Assembly (NCBI GenBank): GCA_951406725.2
Contig: OX597816.1
Span: 79,484,001 to 79,548,000 of the forward strand
DNA length: 64,000 nucleotides
Source: Octopus vulgaris
Taxonomy: Eukaryota
Direction: 5' to 3'
Numbering within the stretch: the first letter of the stretch is position 1; each line of letters starts with the position of its first letter. A program made the translations under genes and the position numbers. The notes beneath the pieces were generated by a model. The model was not told the DNA's origin. It searched no databases and worked only from the letters and a program-made list of their open reading frames with translations. This document shows, one piece after another, positions 25,936-40,600 of this stretch.

Positions 25936-27805
25936 ACTTTGATACTTTGATACTTTGATAGGTTTCGGCCATTATTGGCCCAGGCCATGTCTAACTTAAT
26001 AGCACCACCTGGTGAAGTCTTTCAAGTCAGAATTTGGGCACTATGGCCCACTCAAGTAGAGAGTTATTGTTTACAGAGACATATCCGGGTGTAGGGGGTT
26101 TATCCGGGATTTCTTGAAGGAATCTGTCCAAAGACTTCTTGAACCCTATAGGGTCTGTTTCTGTTTTAATGTGTTTTGGTGTAATGTTAAAGAGAGCGGG
26201 GCCAATTGAGGTGAAATAATTGTGCCGTATTGTTGTTATGAGATGAGAGTGCGATTTTTGTTTTGGGCGGATGGCACGGGGCCCAAGCCTTGGATGTACC
26301 TTAAAGGTGATGCCAACATCATTTGGGCAATGCTGATGGAATATTTTCCACATCATGCAGATGATGTAGCGCTCACGGCAACGTTGGAGAGAATAAAGTT
26401 TTAGTTTTTCTAGTCGACCCCAATAGTCGAGGCCTGTCATGCCATCTATCTTTTTTGTGATTGCCCTTTGATGTGTTTCAACTTTTATGATACTTTGTTT
26501 CGTGTGGGGAGACCACAGTGGACAACAGTATTCAAGGTGGGGTCGAGCAAAAGTGGAGAAGAGAAAGATAATAGTGTGGATATCTCTCGACTGGAAAGTT
26601 CTGAGAATCCAGGAACACATTCTGCGGCCATGTCAACTTTGGTGTTTATATGAGTGGCCCAGCTTATGTTGTTGTCCACAATTACTCCCAAGTCTCTGAT
26701 GTTGTTGGATGCCACGAGAGTTTCACCTGAAGGAAAGGAGTATGGGAGTTTCAGGGCATCCTCTTTTCCAAAGTGGATTAACTCAAATTTATCCTCGTTC
26801 AGCAGCATATTGTTTTTTTCTGCCCATTGGATAACAGCCAGTAGATCTGACTGAAGGCATGTCCGGTCATTCGCCTCATTTATGACCTTCTGGAGCTTGG
26901 AATCACCTGCAAAGATTGTTATGTTGCTGTGCTTGATGATGTCATTAATGTCATTAATGTAGATGACGAAAAGAAGTGGGCCCAGCACAGTGCCTTGCGG
27001 AACGCCACTACTGACTTTGGCTGGGCTTGATTTTACCCCTTCAACTACATGTTGAGATCTGTCTGTCAGGAAATACTTGATCCATTTCAGTAACTTTCCA
27101 TAGACACCAATGTTGGATAGTTTTTTCAATAGGATCTTGTGATCAACCCTGTCGAAGGCCTTGCTGAAATCAAGGTAGATGACATCGGTGTTGGAGCCCT
27201 CTCCCAAAGCTATCAAAATGTCATCAAAGTGATGCAGGAGCTGCGTTAGGCAGTCCCTTCCATTACGGAACCCATGTTGGTTAGAGATCAGCCGTCTGTT
27301 GCTTTCCAGAAATTGGGTTATTCGAGATCTCACCACCCTCTCAAATACCTTGATGATATGAGAGGTGAATGAGATCGGACGGTAGTTCACTGCAAGGGAC
27401 ATGTTTCCCTTTTTGAAAACTGGGACAACAGACTTGGACAGAGAGTTTTTTGGAATATAGCCAGCATCCAGTGAGTTTCTCCACAGATTAGCAAGGGGAG
27501 ATGCAAGTTGGTGTCGACACACCTTCAGGACACAAGCAGGAAACCTATCGGGGCCTACCGCTGAATTGTGTTTTATTTCGTTTATCGCCGCTAAGACGAT
27601 AAACGTTATGTCCGATATAGTGTGTTGGGGGTTGACATCACTGATATAGCCCAGATCGGCTATATCAGGATTGCTGAAAACAGAGCAGTATTGTTTCTGC
27701 AGTATCTCGGCCATGGATTTCGCATTATCTTGGAGAGTGCCATTTTCATCAATTAGAGGGCCAACAATGGAGACAGTGACCCTGTGTTTCCTCGCATATG
27801 ATGCT
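25936..27805 (-). mobile_element. 5'-truncated CR1-clade LINE (RT and C-terminus) with an 8-nt repeat tail
   Basis: NYRPIS, QHGFR, YLDFSKAFDRV, SGVPQGTVLGP, FAGD (damaged FADD), RDLGV, RPHLEY motifs. Frameshift near 26625; tail (tatcaaag)3 at 25936-25960. Confidence 0.9.
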
Positions 27806-27859
27806 TATATACATGTATATTCAATGCGTATGTATTTATATATATATATATACATATAT

Positions 27860-27953
<94 letters not shown>

Positions 27954-28333
27954 AAAGTCAAAATGCGATAAAATAAAATTAATTATTATCGCCGGTGATC
28001 TAGCACAGGCCATATATTATTCATATATAAGTACATTAAAAGGCGAAGTATGTACTAGATACACAGAAGCATGATAAATTTAGTGAAATGAAAATAAAAA
28101 CGTTTACTAACTCGGTTCATCTTATACTGCAGTTTCATCTTTTATATATATATAAAACAGGTCGCGGATTTTAGCGACGAAAATATTTTGACAAATTAAA
28201 CTTAAATGTTGGAGTGAATCGAACGGCTTTTGTGTGTTTCTTAAATGGCTTATAAACACCTTCCACGCTGCAATTGTTTTCGTTTCAGCACACGATCTCA
28301 GATCAAATTACTTGCTATGCGAGTACATCTCTG

Positions 28334-28807
<474 letters not shown>

Positions 28808-28809
<2 letters not shown>

Positions 28810-29405
28810 TGCGTATATGTGGTCGGATTGTGTTGAAAATTTGCACACCTATGTTAAAAGTGCTATGGAGTTTGCATGGCAACTTTGAGTTTGCTCAATT
28901 GAAAGGCGTGGCCTCTGGGGAAAAATTCTTCTTCTTTTAAAATGTGGCCCGAAAAGACCGGAAAGAAATCGGGTTATAATACCAAATCAAGTAAAACAAT
29001 AAAGAACTATGTCGTTTTAATCTCAAACAAGGCCGGGTATCTCTGTAAGTCAATATCTATAAATCTGAAATGCGAAAAGTTTGTTTGTCTGGGTTTGGCA
29101 TTGGAACGGGTTAAAGGGCACTAGATCCCGTCGGATTGACTCCAAAATTTACAGGGACATGTAAAATGAGGTGAGGGTGCGAGTGGGCTAGCTTAGCAAC
29201 CACTATCTCAAAAGGTGTCGTTACTAGAGCAAAAAACGTACACTTTGAGAAGTCTCCTCTCATTCTCTTATCTGCACGTCTTCCTCCGTCTCTCTCTGTT
29301 TCCTCCTTCCCTGTCACTTTCTCTCTATAACGTCGTTTGACAGATGCTACTATCTTTTCCCCCGCTGCTTTCGCCAGCGCTGTCTCTCTTTCCCCCACCG
29401 CCTCT

Positions 29406-29443
<38 letters not shown>

Positions 29444-29712
29444 CTCTGTCTGTATTCATAGAGAGTTTTATTATCACCACGACCACCACACAATCATGAG
29501 AACAAATATTATGAAGCAGATATTTATTGGGTTAATTTATATATGTATATATGAGTGTGTGTGTGTGTGCTCTATATATACATGTGTATATATAATGTAT
29601 ATATACAAAGTGTATATATCTGTATTTATATATATATATATAATTTGTATACATTTGTATATAAAATGCGCGCGCACACACACACATACACACATATATA
29701 TATAATGCGTAT

Positions 29713-29774
<62 letters not shown>

Positions 29775-30650
29775 GTGTGCATTATGTGGTCGGTTGAGCT
29801 GAAAATATGCACACCTATATTAAAAGTGCTGGCGAGTTTGCATGGCAAATATTTTTTTCCTCAAATGAAAGGCGTGACCTCTAGGACAAAATTCCTCATC
29901 TTATAAAATGTGGCTCGAGTAGACCTGAATGAAATCGGGTTATATTAACCAAAATGTGAAAAGGGGTCTAAATGGAGCTGGAAGGGGATTAAAATTTACA
30001 GGAGCGGGTGTTTAGGAATTCTCTGTTACACCAAGCTAAAAAATTTGCACCAGCCTTTAAATCTTCAATGTGTTGCCGTCCATGATGAAGAAGTTTTGAA
30101 TGCTTGCATTGGTGAGTCTACTGTCGTGAGAAAGAATCACTTCAAAACTTGGTGTTTAGGAATTTTCTTTTACATCAAGTTCAAAATTTTACGCCAGCCG
30201 TTAAACTGCCACTACGTTGCTGTCCGTCGTTAAGAAATGCCAGCCATGGTGACTCTACTATCCTCAGATTCTATCCCTTCAAACGCTGGTTTCCAATATT
30301 TTTTTTATTTTATTCAGCTCGCAGGTTCGTCTGGCCCTTTTAAATGTTAGTGTTTTGCTGTCTGCCTTGAAGCAGACTTTTCCGTTGTCACTGCCTGATA
30401 CTTATGATTGATCTTTCAAAATATATTTTCTTTCTCAACTTTTTTTGTTGTTTATAAATTGGGCGAAAGATAGAGAGTAAGAGAAAGCGAGTGAGAGTCC
30501 GAGAGAAAGGAAGAGTAAGAGAGTGTGAAAGTGAGAGAGAAAGGAGAGAGAAACAAATGAGGAGAATGTGGTGATAAAAAACAGAAAGGAAGCAACATAA
30601 AGTAGCAGCCACACACTTACCCGCACGTAGAGTGGGTCACCTTAAGCTAG
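28808..30650 (+). mobile_element. Array of non-autonomous Helitron-like modules
   Basis: A unit of about 175 bp (gtggtc...tttgcatggcaa...aaatcgggttata) at about 28810 and 29776; the region ends in hairpin acccgcacgtagagtgggt plus CTAG at 30650. Confidence 0.6.
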
Positions 30651-30863
30651 TCTACTATATATTTGCGAAAAGGGCAACAGTTCTGCGGGCAAAAGTGTAG
30701 TAAATGTGGTCTGAAAATTTGCATACCTATGTTAAAAGTACTGGGGAGTTTGCATGGCAACTTTGAGTTTGCTGAATTGAAAGGCGTGGCCTCTAGGGCT
30801 AAATTCCTCATTTTTTAAAACGTGGCCCGAGTAGAACCGAATGAAATCGGGTTATAATACTAG
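30651..30863 (+). mobile_element. Short non-autonomous Helitron
   Basis: TC start, ccga-atgaaa-tcgg hairpin, CTAG end; second copy at 51226-51432. Confidence 0.75.
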
Positions 30864-30867
30864 TATA

Positions 30868-31898
30868 TCTATATATATAAAACTGAGAATGTGTGTCTAT
30901 CTGTCTGACTGTCTGTGTGTTTCCCTAAAACTTGAGAACTACACAACCAATTTCATTCAAATTTTACATATGCCTTACTTAGGGTCCATGTAGTTTCATG
31001 GGCAAAAAAAATGTTCAACTTCTTGCCTAGAGCGAGCCCATAACAATATCATATTTTCTCCACTATTTCAGTATTACGTGTTAAAAGTGAAACAAAAACA
31101 TTTCTCTGTTTTATGTCAGATACTTTCACTTTAACAATAAAAATGATAATAACAATTGAATTATATGTAGTAAGTAATAATTAGAATCAAACTAAAGTAT
31201 AATATAATCGTAACATAACGAAAGTAAAAATAGCAATTGGTATAAAATTGCATCAATGACTTGAACGTGAATAAGTGGTTTCACATGAATTGGAATAAAT
31301 TAAAAATAAAATTAGCGTGCAGAAATGGAATAGTCCAGATGGATAATAAAAAATTAAATTAAAGAAAAGACTATTGTCTATAAAATATACGATGTAGAGA
31401 AAAAAGAAGATTTGAACACTTGGAGGAAAGCACCATCGAAAAGTGTCATGGTGCGACTATGAAAGATATCTAACCAGAGGCGGTAAATTCGCCACAATAG
31501 AAGCAAGGTTCGAGTCAACGGAGCGTGCAAGGGAGTACTCGACTCGAACTATTTTATTTTTACCTTTATATCTGGGACGTAGGACGTGCCGGATAAAAAT
31601 TTAAAATGCCCTCCCCTCCATCCCCCCGAAGTTGAGGTAGGCTGGATTGTAATCACACTTCTATGCAAGAGGGAGGACAAGATACAATTGATCGAAATTG
31701 CAATAAATGGGCTTACAATTCCAGTCTGTTATATATTTTGAGTATTGTTATCACTAGCGATATCAAGATATAATTTTGTATTTTGTATTTTATGTGTAGA
31801 TGTATATATGTAGACGTACATGTAATATGTACACATATATATACACATATATACATGCACTAGCACTATGACCCGGCAACGACGGGTCATAATGCTAG
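30868..31898 (+). mobile_element. Non-autonomous Helitron (about 1 kb)
   Basis: A|TC start (tctatatatataaaa), 3' GC hairpin acccg..cgggt, then CTAG|T. Confidence 0.75.
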
Positions 31899-33041
31899 TG
31901 TGTATATATATATATATATATAATCAAAGCAATTAAGATTCAAGTAAATTCCAATGAATTTACTTGAATGTGGTACTTAACTTAGATGCACCAGAAAAAC
32001 TATATGGTGTTAATCATACAGTAATGTGGGGTGATTATAAACGAGAAAGAAGCAACAAGGAAAAAAGAGACAAGGAAAAAAGGAAAAGAAAAAGGAGAAG
32101 AAGAAGAAAGAAGGAAAAGAAAAAGAAAAAGAAAAAGAAAAAAGAAAAAAGAAAGAGAAACGGGGGAGAAGGATAGAAAAGAAAAAGAAAGAGAAAAAGA
32201 AAAAGAAAAAAGAAAAAAGAAAAAAGAAAAAAGAAAAAGGAAAAGAAAAAAAGAAAAAAGTGGAATAGGGAGAAAAGAAAAGGCGCCTATATAGAGTATA
32301 CTGCGACAACTTAGCGGGAGGGTTTTTTTTAAAATGACCAAATACAGAAGAATTTGTAGATAACTTAGCTTGAATCTTTAAGAATTCAGGAACTATGAGG
32401 AAAAAATTTTTCTTTTTTCCTTGTCTCTTCCCTTTTTCTTTTATTTTATTTTCTTTGCCCCACAAATAAATTCCTTCAGCCTTTAGAAATCTTAACATAG
32501 TAGTTTTGCACGGAGAGCAGTAATATGGCAAATTACCTTATCATATAGCATGAAATGATTGTGGATTAATAATGGTTAAATACATTGTCTGTGAGTATGA
32601 AATTCCTCCTCTTACCACTGGAAATGTAAATCTTCACTATGGATTAATTCACCTTTTCTGTGAAGCTAATAAGTCTTTAAAAACCTGTGATAAGTCTGTG
32701 CATCATCCTCCTCATATCTCTGGAAATTTAAATCTACACTATGGATTGATTCATCTTCTCTTCGAAACTAATAAGTTTTTAAAAATCTGTGATAAGACTG
32801 TGCATCATCATTAAGGAACTTTGGAAAACTGTTTACAACCTAGATCTGCCTCTAATGGAATTATCTCCAATATTTCATGAGTTTAACCTCACCCACTAAG
32901 ATGTCTAGAGAACTCATATGTATTTTAGCTGATGAGTACGGGACACTTTTATCTGCTGCAATTTTTGCAACTTGTAATAAAGCCTGTCTTTGTATGAAAC
33001 AATTGTACTAAAAACTAATCCATTCTTGTTGCTTCTTTCTC

Positions 33042-33116
<75 letters not shown>

Positions 33117-33492
33117 TAGAGAGAGAAAGGGAGATAGAAAGAGAAAGAGAGAGAAAGAAAGAGAGAAAGAGAGAGAGAAATAAAGAGAGGGGGAGACTAT
33201 AATTCATTTCATTATATGCTACATACTAATTGTTACAGTAAATGCTTGTATGATATTCAAAGAGTATTCTGTGTAACCCATAATAACCTTTCATGATGTG
33301 GTCCACATTGGCTGCTACAATTGATATTCGGGTGAATGCCCTTTGAAATAAGTACTTTTAATAAATAAATACTTTGTTATCTATAGATAATTAGCTATGC
33401 TAAAACCAAGATTTAATAATACAATTTAGTTACATGGATCATGGGAGCATTAAATTTCATATGTATAATTGACAGGCCTAAAAACTATGCAT

Positions 33493-33500
33493 TATAAATA
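33493..33500 (+). promoter_or_regulatory. Candidate TATA box of SULT copy B
   Basis: TATAAATA about 120 nt upstream of the ATG; conserved at 54828-54835 in copy C. Confidence 0.45.
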
Positions 33501-33616
33501 CTTACAGAGCAGCAAATTTGCCATATGATCAAAGAAAGCTAAAGAAACCGATTACGATTTTGTTTTCACGAGTTTCCTAAGTGGTTACAATAACTAGAAC
33601 GATATTAACAACTACA

Positions 33617-33821
33617 ATGAGTAAAGAAGTCAACTCTGAAGAAATAAAAAAGGAAATTATTTTTAAAGAATACTTCGGCAAAGATGGAGAACCTATGCCT
33701 GTCTATCAATATAAAGGACACAATATTGTGTATTTAGAAATAGCAGCGTCAGCTTTATCGCAACAACATATGGTGAAAATTCGACCTGATGATATGTTGA
33801 TGCTTTCCTATCCTGCAGCCG
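33617..33821 (+). CDS. SULT copy B exon 1
   Basis: ATG...TATCCTGCAGCCG|gtaag. Confidence 0.85.
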
Positions 33822-36800
33822 GTAAGATTTTACTATATAGCTATTGTTAGGCAAAATATTTTACATTGTAGACAGGGTGTGTTTGCATGTCTCTGTATGG
33901 TGCTCATACGTGTATTATTTGTTTGTGGTTGTGTAATTTATTTACATATTTCCATTCAACACACTCTATGTACCCTTCATTCACTTTATTATCCTATATT
34001 TACTTGGTTCGCAAAGATCAATATATTTCCCTATTTTTATTTATTTCCTTTTTTCAATTTCTTCCCTTGCGTGTGTGAGGATTTTTTACGCGTCTGTGTG
34101 CACTTGCGTATGTATATATATAGGTATAAACGATATTTGTACATATGTCGATGCTTTTGACTTGGGACTGTCTTGTGTAGCTGCTGGGATGCCCCTGAGT
34201 GTATGCGTATATTATTCGAGTTCATATGACTTATCGTTTTTCGGCTTTATACCTCTCTCGACTAGTTCCACTGTTTCAGATTAACCAGAATAATTATCGC
34301 CTTCAACACCAACACATACACCAGGTGTGGGCAAACTACGGCCCGCGGGCCGCAAGCGGCTCGCCATAGGTTTTCATGCGGCCCGCCGAGAGCTTTTATG
34401 AATCCCAACTTCTATGCAGATACTTCGTAACTGTTTCAGTTGTACGGTAATTCACAATAGTTTGCATTTTATTTCAGTTCACTGTTTCGCGCCTTCACAA
34501 AATTGTCCGCTGTTTGTTTGTTTCAGCTACTGAGAAGCGATGAAAAATTTCGAGAAATATTCCCATGACATCATAATAAAACACATTTCCGGGTGAAGAT
34601 ATCTTTTCTGTGTTTTCTCGTCAGACCCTACAAACACAAAAATTAATAGAACAATGAAACAAGTATTGTGGCAATACAACGAGTCAATCGATATGCTTGA
34701 AACATTCAAATAAATCTATCACGTGATAGATGGTGAAGAGGGCATGATGGACGATGCGTTTCGTTCCAATGAAGAAGCCGGCCAGGTTAATAAAAGGGCT
34801 TGAACCAGCTTTTTCTGGACACAGAGCTGTGGTTGGTTATCATTCACTCTATCGATTATTTGAATTTAGTGCAGACACGAGTGTTTCAAACTAGCTTTTG
34901 TTGTCTGATAAAATTTACCCAAAATCAGTTGTTCGAAGCTATCTAAAAAGCGAAAAATTGAAGAGGAATGTCGTGTTTTTAATGAAAATTGGACTGAAAA
35001 GTATTTCTTTACCGACGTTGGAGTGAAAGCTTCATGTTTGATTTGTTCTGAAACAGTTGCTGTGTTCAAGGAATATAATTTGAAACGCCACTTTCAAACG
35101 AAGCAAACCAATTTTGGACACAATTTATCAAAACAAGAACTGCGAAAGAAAGCAAATGATCTGACAAAACGTTTGAAGCAACAGCAAAATGTGTTTGATA
35201 AAACTTCCTCTTTACAAAGGAACGCGACAAAGGCAAGTTTTATATTGGCCAACAAAATTGCAAAGCAAAACAAGTCATTCGCAGAAGCAGAATTTATCAA
35301 AGATTGTATGGTTGATGCTGTCAGCGTTGTGTGTCCTGAAGTTAAGTCAAAAGTAGAAGCCATTTCCCTGTCACGAAGAACTATTGTTCGTCGCATTGAT
35401 GCAATTGCCGTGAATATTCATGAACAGCTGTTAACAGCCAGTGGTCGATTTCAGTGGTTTTCTATTGCTTTAGATGAGAGTACTGATATTCAGGATACTG
35501 CTCAGTTACTCATTTACATCAGAGGAATTGACGAAAACTTTGAAATTACAGAGGAACTGTTATCTATGGAGTCTCTCAAAGACACTACTACTGGAAAAGA
35601 TTTGTTTAACAGTGTCATTAACAGTTCAATCAGGTCTGGATTAACCCTAAATAAACTGGCCAGCATTACAACGGATGGAGCTCCTTCACTCACCGGTAAA
35701 CATTCCGGCCTTGTGAAGTTGTTGAATGACAAAATCAAAGAAGATTTTCCACAACACAGTGTGTTGTCTTTTCATTGCATCATACATCAAGAAAGCCTTT
35801 GTAAGTCATCTTTAAAACTCAAACATGTCATCGAACCTGTGCTGCGTGCAGTGAATTTAATAAGATCACGGGGATTGAAACACAGGCAATTCCGAAGTTT
35901 CTTGGTGGATGTGGAGGCTGATTTTACTGATGTGCTGTACTACACAAATGTCCGCTGGTTAAGCATTGGAAAAGTTCTTAAGAGAGTATGGGACCTCAAA
36001 GCAGAGATTCTTATGTTTCTCAAAATGCAAGACATCTCCTGTGACTTTTTAAACGAAATGGAGAGTGACGAATGGGTTTGTGATTTTGCATTTGCTGTGG
36101 ACATAATGCAGAAGCTGAATGAACTTAACACAAAACTGCAAGGCAAAGGTATATTTGCTCATGAATTGTACCTGGAAGTGAAAGCTTTTCAATGGAAGCT
36201 TGGACTTTTTGCCAAGCAGCTGAATGAGCAAAAATCTATTCACTTCCCTCTGCTGAAAACAGTCTGTTACACAAGAATCATCGGACAAGTACAGTTCCCA
36301 GTTGATGGCTTTACAAAAGGAATTCATTAGAAGATTTGCTGATTTCAAGGCAGTTGAAGGCCTGTTCGATTTGCTTAACTCACCTCTTGCCTGTGACATT
36401 GAAACAACTACCGAGGAACTGCAGATAGAACTGATTCATTTGCAAGCCGACAATTCTTTAAAGATGATGTTTGAAAGTAAACCACTGGTCGAGTTTTATG
36501 CTTCTCTACATATGTGAGCAGACTTTCTCCATCATGAAAATTAACAAGGGGAAGAATCGATCACTTCTCACAGACTCAAATCTTCAGTCAGTGTTAAGAA
36601 TCAGCACAAGCAACTTGACACCTAATTTTGACAAACTGGTAAATGACAGTAGTCAGCTGCATCATTCTCATTGACATTGTTATTTACAGAGCCGCTTTGT
36701 TTTTCAAATAAATGCTTCAGGTGACGTTTCTAATTTCAGATATCAATTCATATTAATAAACTGTTATTTCTCTTTAAAATCTTTTATTTTGGGTATCCTA

Positions 36801-37648
36801 GAATTTGAAGTATAATATTCATCATGGTTGTCCACAATTAGTGCAGATTTTACTTGGAAAATTCCGTTCCTGGCAATTTGTAAGCAATAACAGGCTGTCC
36901 AAAATAACCGAGGTTCCTGTAATAATTTCAACTATAGGAGCAAATAACCGAAAAACATGAACCCGATACTCTAAAAAATAAATTAAATTACTTAAACCAG
37001 GAATATTTCACAAAATTTCCTTTCAATCAATTCTGTGTTTATAGGTCTATAACCGCCTTTAAAAATATTTTCACTTGATTTTTATAAATGAGGCCCGCCA
37101 AGGTTCCAAAGACGCACTGTGCCGCCCGCGATCAAAAAGTTCGCCCACCCCTGACATACACCAACTGTGGCACTCACTTCTATTCATTTGTTTGTTATTA
37201 CTATCACCAACGACACGCATACATCCATCATCATACTTCAACGTCAACACTGTCGTCTTCTGACTCGACCAACACCCAGTCGAACGGCAGCAACTGTATC
37301 ATTATCCCCAACAGCATTTTTCTCCCCACCTTCACCATGTTCCAAATTCCAAACACATGCAAGTTCAATTCTGTAAAAAAAAATTGTACACAAATTCAAA
37401 TCTTTAGAATCCTTTTACAGTTTCTGCTTAGACGTAATTCCTACCCTAACTCAAAATTGTAATCGTAAGTGCTAACAACGAAAATCCAAACTTTAGATGC
37501 TGATCTTCAGCAGAGCAAGAAAGAGCATAATATAAAAAACGTGTGTTGGGAGAGAGATACATAAAGGGCGGAGCGAGAAAGAAAGTGATATGAAAGATGT
37601 GTGTGTATGTGTGTTTATATATATATATATATATATATACATATATAT

Positions 37649-37684
<36 letters not shown>

Positions 37685-40600
37685 AGAGAAAGGGTAAGTG
37701 GGGGGTGACGAGAAAAAGAATGAGCTTGGTTTAATAACAAATATAGTTGTTTTAGGATTAAGTTACTTCCATTCCTGTGCGTAATGTTATAAATGTATGT
37801 GTATATATGTTGAGTGAATTTTTGACCTCATTTATTCCTTTTCTTAAAAGCGACAGCACGTGACAAACACGCGCGCGCGCACGCTCACACATTGTTTTCA
37901 TTTTTTTTTTTTTGCTAAATAAACACCCGCACTATATTTTATATATATTAGTGCATGTGTTTATTTGACAAAAAAAAAAAATAATGATAAATAAAATGAC
38001 CACCCCGAAATACAATGCATACGTACACGTATATCTCTGTGTGTGTGTGTGTGTGTGTGTGTGTCTGTATGTGTGCGTGTGTGCGCGTCTGATTGTGTCT
38101 GAGTTTGTCCCCCACTACTGCTTGACAAGCTGTGTTGGTTTGTGTATGTTCCTGTAACATTAGCAGTTAAGGGGAAATAACTGGTAGAATAAGTACCAGG
38201 CTTCAAACAAATAAGTACTGGGATCGATTCGTTTGATTAAAATTCTTCAAGATGGTGTCCCAGCATGGCCGCAGTCTAATGACTGAAACAACTAATTGTT
38301 AGACATAATTCTAGAGCAGTCTATGGTTGGTTCATACTTTATACAGTGTCAATGTAGGAGTGTTTAGATATTTGCAGAGCCTGTGTTATGTTACTGTTAG
38401 CAGAGGTGGTGTGTAAAATATCGTGGGTTGTTAAAGAAGACTGTAGAATGTAGAGGGGATGTATGGAAGATACAATATTGATAATACGGTATTAGCAGGA
38501 TTCCTGGTAGAATAAGATAAATTTATCTACTTGGGAACAAGTGATGAATATCGCCGCTAAAATTTCCATTTCATTCTGTTGTCGATGTTCTGTCTTTCAT
38601 TTTCCACAGATACTTGACAAGGGTTGTGTAAATAATGTTATCATGACTCGTATTTGTAATATCTTTCCTTAAATGCTCCCACGCATATGCCTCAATATCT
38701 ATTCTTCGGCTTTTCAAAGTCTTTCCATTTAGTGCTCTTGTCCATATTCGGTCTCTCATTTTCCACGGGTACTTGACAAGTATTGTGCAAATATTTTATT
38801 ATATCTGAAGAATGCCTAGTGTTTGTAATGTTTCCTTAAACAAAACCAAAGTCTTAATAAGTAGGAGAGCAGACAAACCACAAATCTCTTCAGGTAGATG
38901 GTCCTGCTCGATCTGTAGAAAAGGTGTAGGTAGAGACTCCTTAAGATGTAACCGGTGTAAGCTATGGACACATAAGAGGCGCAGCAATATCAAAGGAAGG
39001 CTAACTGGTAAAATGGTTTTTGTGTGTGGCAAATGCTCAGGAGAAATAAACTCTGAAAATGTGAAAAAACAGCTTCTTTCACATTTTAGGGGGAAAAAAC
39101 TACAAGTAGTTGATAGCTTCCATTACTTAGGTGACCAAGTCAGTAGCAGAATGGTTGCTCTGAGAACGTAGCTGCTAGAATAAGAATAGCCTGGGTAAAG
39201 TTCAGAGAGCTCCTACTTCTGCTGGTAACAGAGGGCCTCTCGCTCAGAGTAAAAGGTAGACTGTATGATGCATGTGCGCGAACAGCCATGCTACACGGCG
39301 GTGAAACATGGGCTGTGACAGCTGAGGATATGCGTAAGCTTGAAAGGAATGAAGCTAGCATGCTCTGCTGGATGTGTAATGTCAGTGAGAATACACGATA
39401 GAGTGTAAGTGCCCTGAGCGCAAAGCTGGACTTAGGAAGCATGAGAGATGACTGCGCTGGTATGGTAATGTGTTGCGTATGGATGAGGACAGCTGCGTGA
39501 AAAAGTGTCACACCCTAGCAGTAGAGGGAACCTGTGGAAGATGTAGACCCAAGAAGACATGGGATGAGATGGTAAAGCACAACCTTCGAACATTGGACCT
39601 CACCGAGGCGATGGCAAGTGACCGAGACCTTTGGAGATATGATGTACTTGAGAAGACTCGACAAGCCATGTGAGACGGTAACCGTGGCCTATGCCTATGC
39701 AGCATAACCAGCCCATTTAAGAGTACCCTTCAATCATTGGGCAATAAATTGCGCTTGCGAAGACCTGTTGAGGCAAGTGAACTCATTGTCATGGCCGTTG
39801 ACAGTACCGTCCGATTGGCACGCGTGTCGTTGGCAGATAAAAAGCACCATTCGAGCGTGGCCGATGCCAGTGACATGTAAAAAGCAACATTCAATAGTGG
39901 CCGATGCAAGTGCCGCCTGACTAGCTCCCGTGCCGGTGGCACGTAAAAAGCACCATTCGAGTGACATCTAACAAGCACCATTCAAGCGTGGTCGATGCCC
40001 GTACCGCCTGACTGGCTCTCGTGCTGGTGGCATGTAAAAAGCATCCACTACACTCTCATAGTGGTTGGCGTTGGGAAGGGCATCCAGCTGCAGAGACATT
40101 GCCAGATTGGATTGGACCTGGTGCAGTCTTCTGGCTCACTAGCCGTCAGTCGAACCGTACAACCAATACCATCTTGGAAAGCTTACGTTAAATGACGACG
40201 ATGATGCCGCTGCCTCTATTCATTTTCATCGTTTCTTTTGGCATGCCTTGAGTTAACACTAGTTTTTACACTATCGACTTCTGATAGAGCCTTATTTAAA
40301 GGACAAGAGCCTACATTTTTGCATGAGTAATTTAGATTTACTTGCTGGATGGGTTTACTGAAGATCATCACTTTTATATTAGATCCGAAACTGTGTCTTA
40401 TTTTCACAGAATGTCTATTCAAAATTGTCCTGTACATTTGGTATGGAGATATTTTTAAGTGGGCTAAGCACTTTCACCTGATATTAGTCTTAATAATTAG
40501 AGAGACTGATGGACAAACCCAATAATTTTTGTTTCTAATAATTGTGGACAATGATCATGTGTTGCAAGACTAAATGAAATGTATTGTCTTAGAAAACAAT

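Noticed and set aside
31964-32531. Lys/Arg-rich and Phe-rich ORFs
   Set aside because: Low-complexity (GAAAAA)n tract; the surrounding sequence may be a decayed retroelement but could not be assigned.
35023-36330. Possible domesticated GTF2IRD2/ZBED-type host gene
   Set aside because: Intact TIRs, a TSD, an empty paralogous site and disabling lesions show it is a transposon copy.
39790-40045. Regularly spaced repeats resembling a CRISPR array
   Set aside because: Degenerate tandem units without unique spacers, in the 3' UTR of an RTE-type LINE; eukaryotic context and no cas genes.
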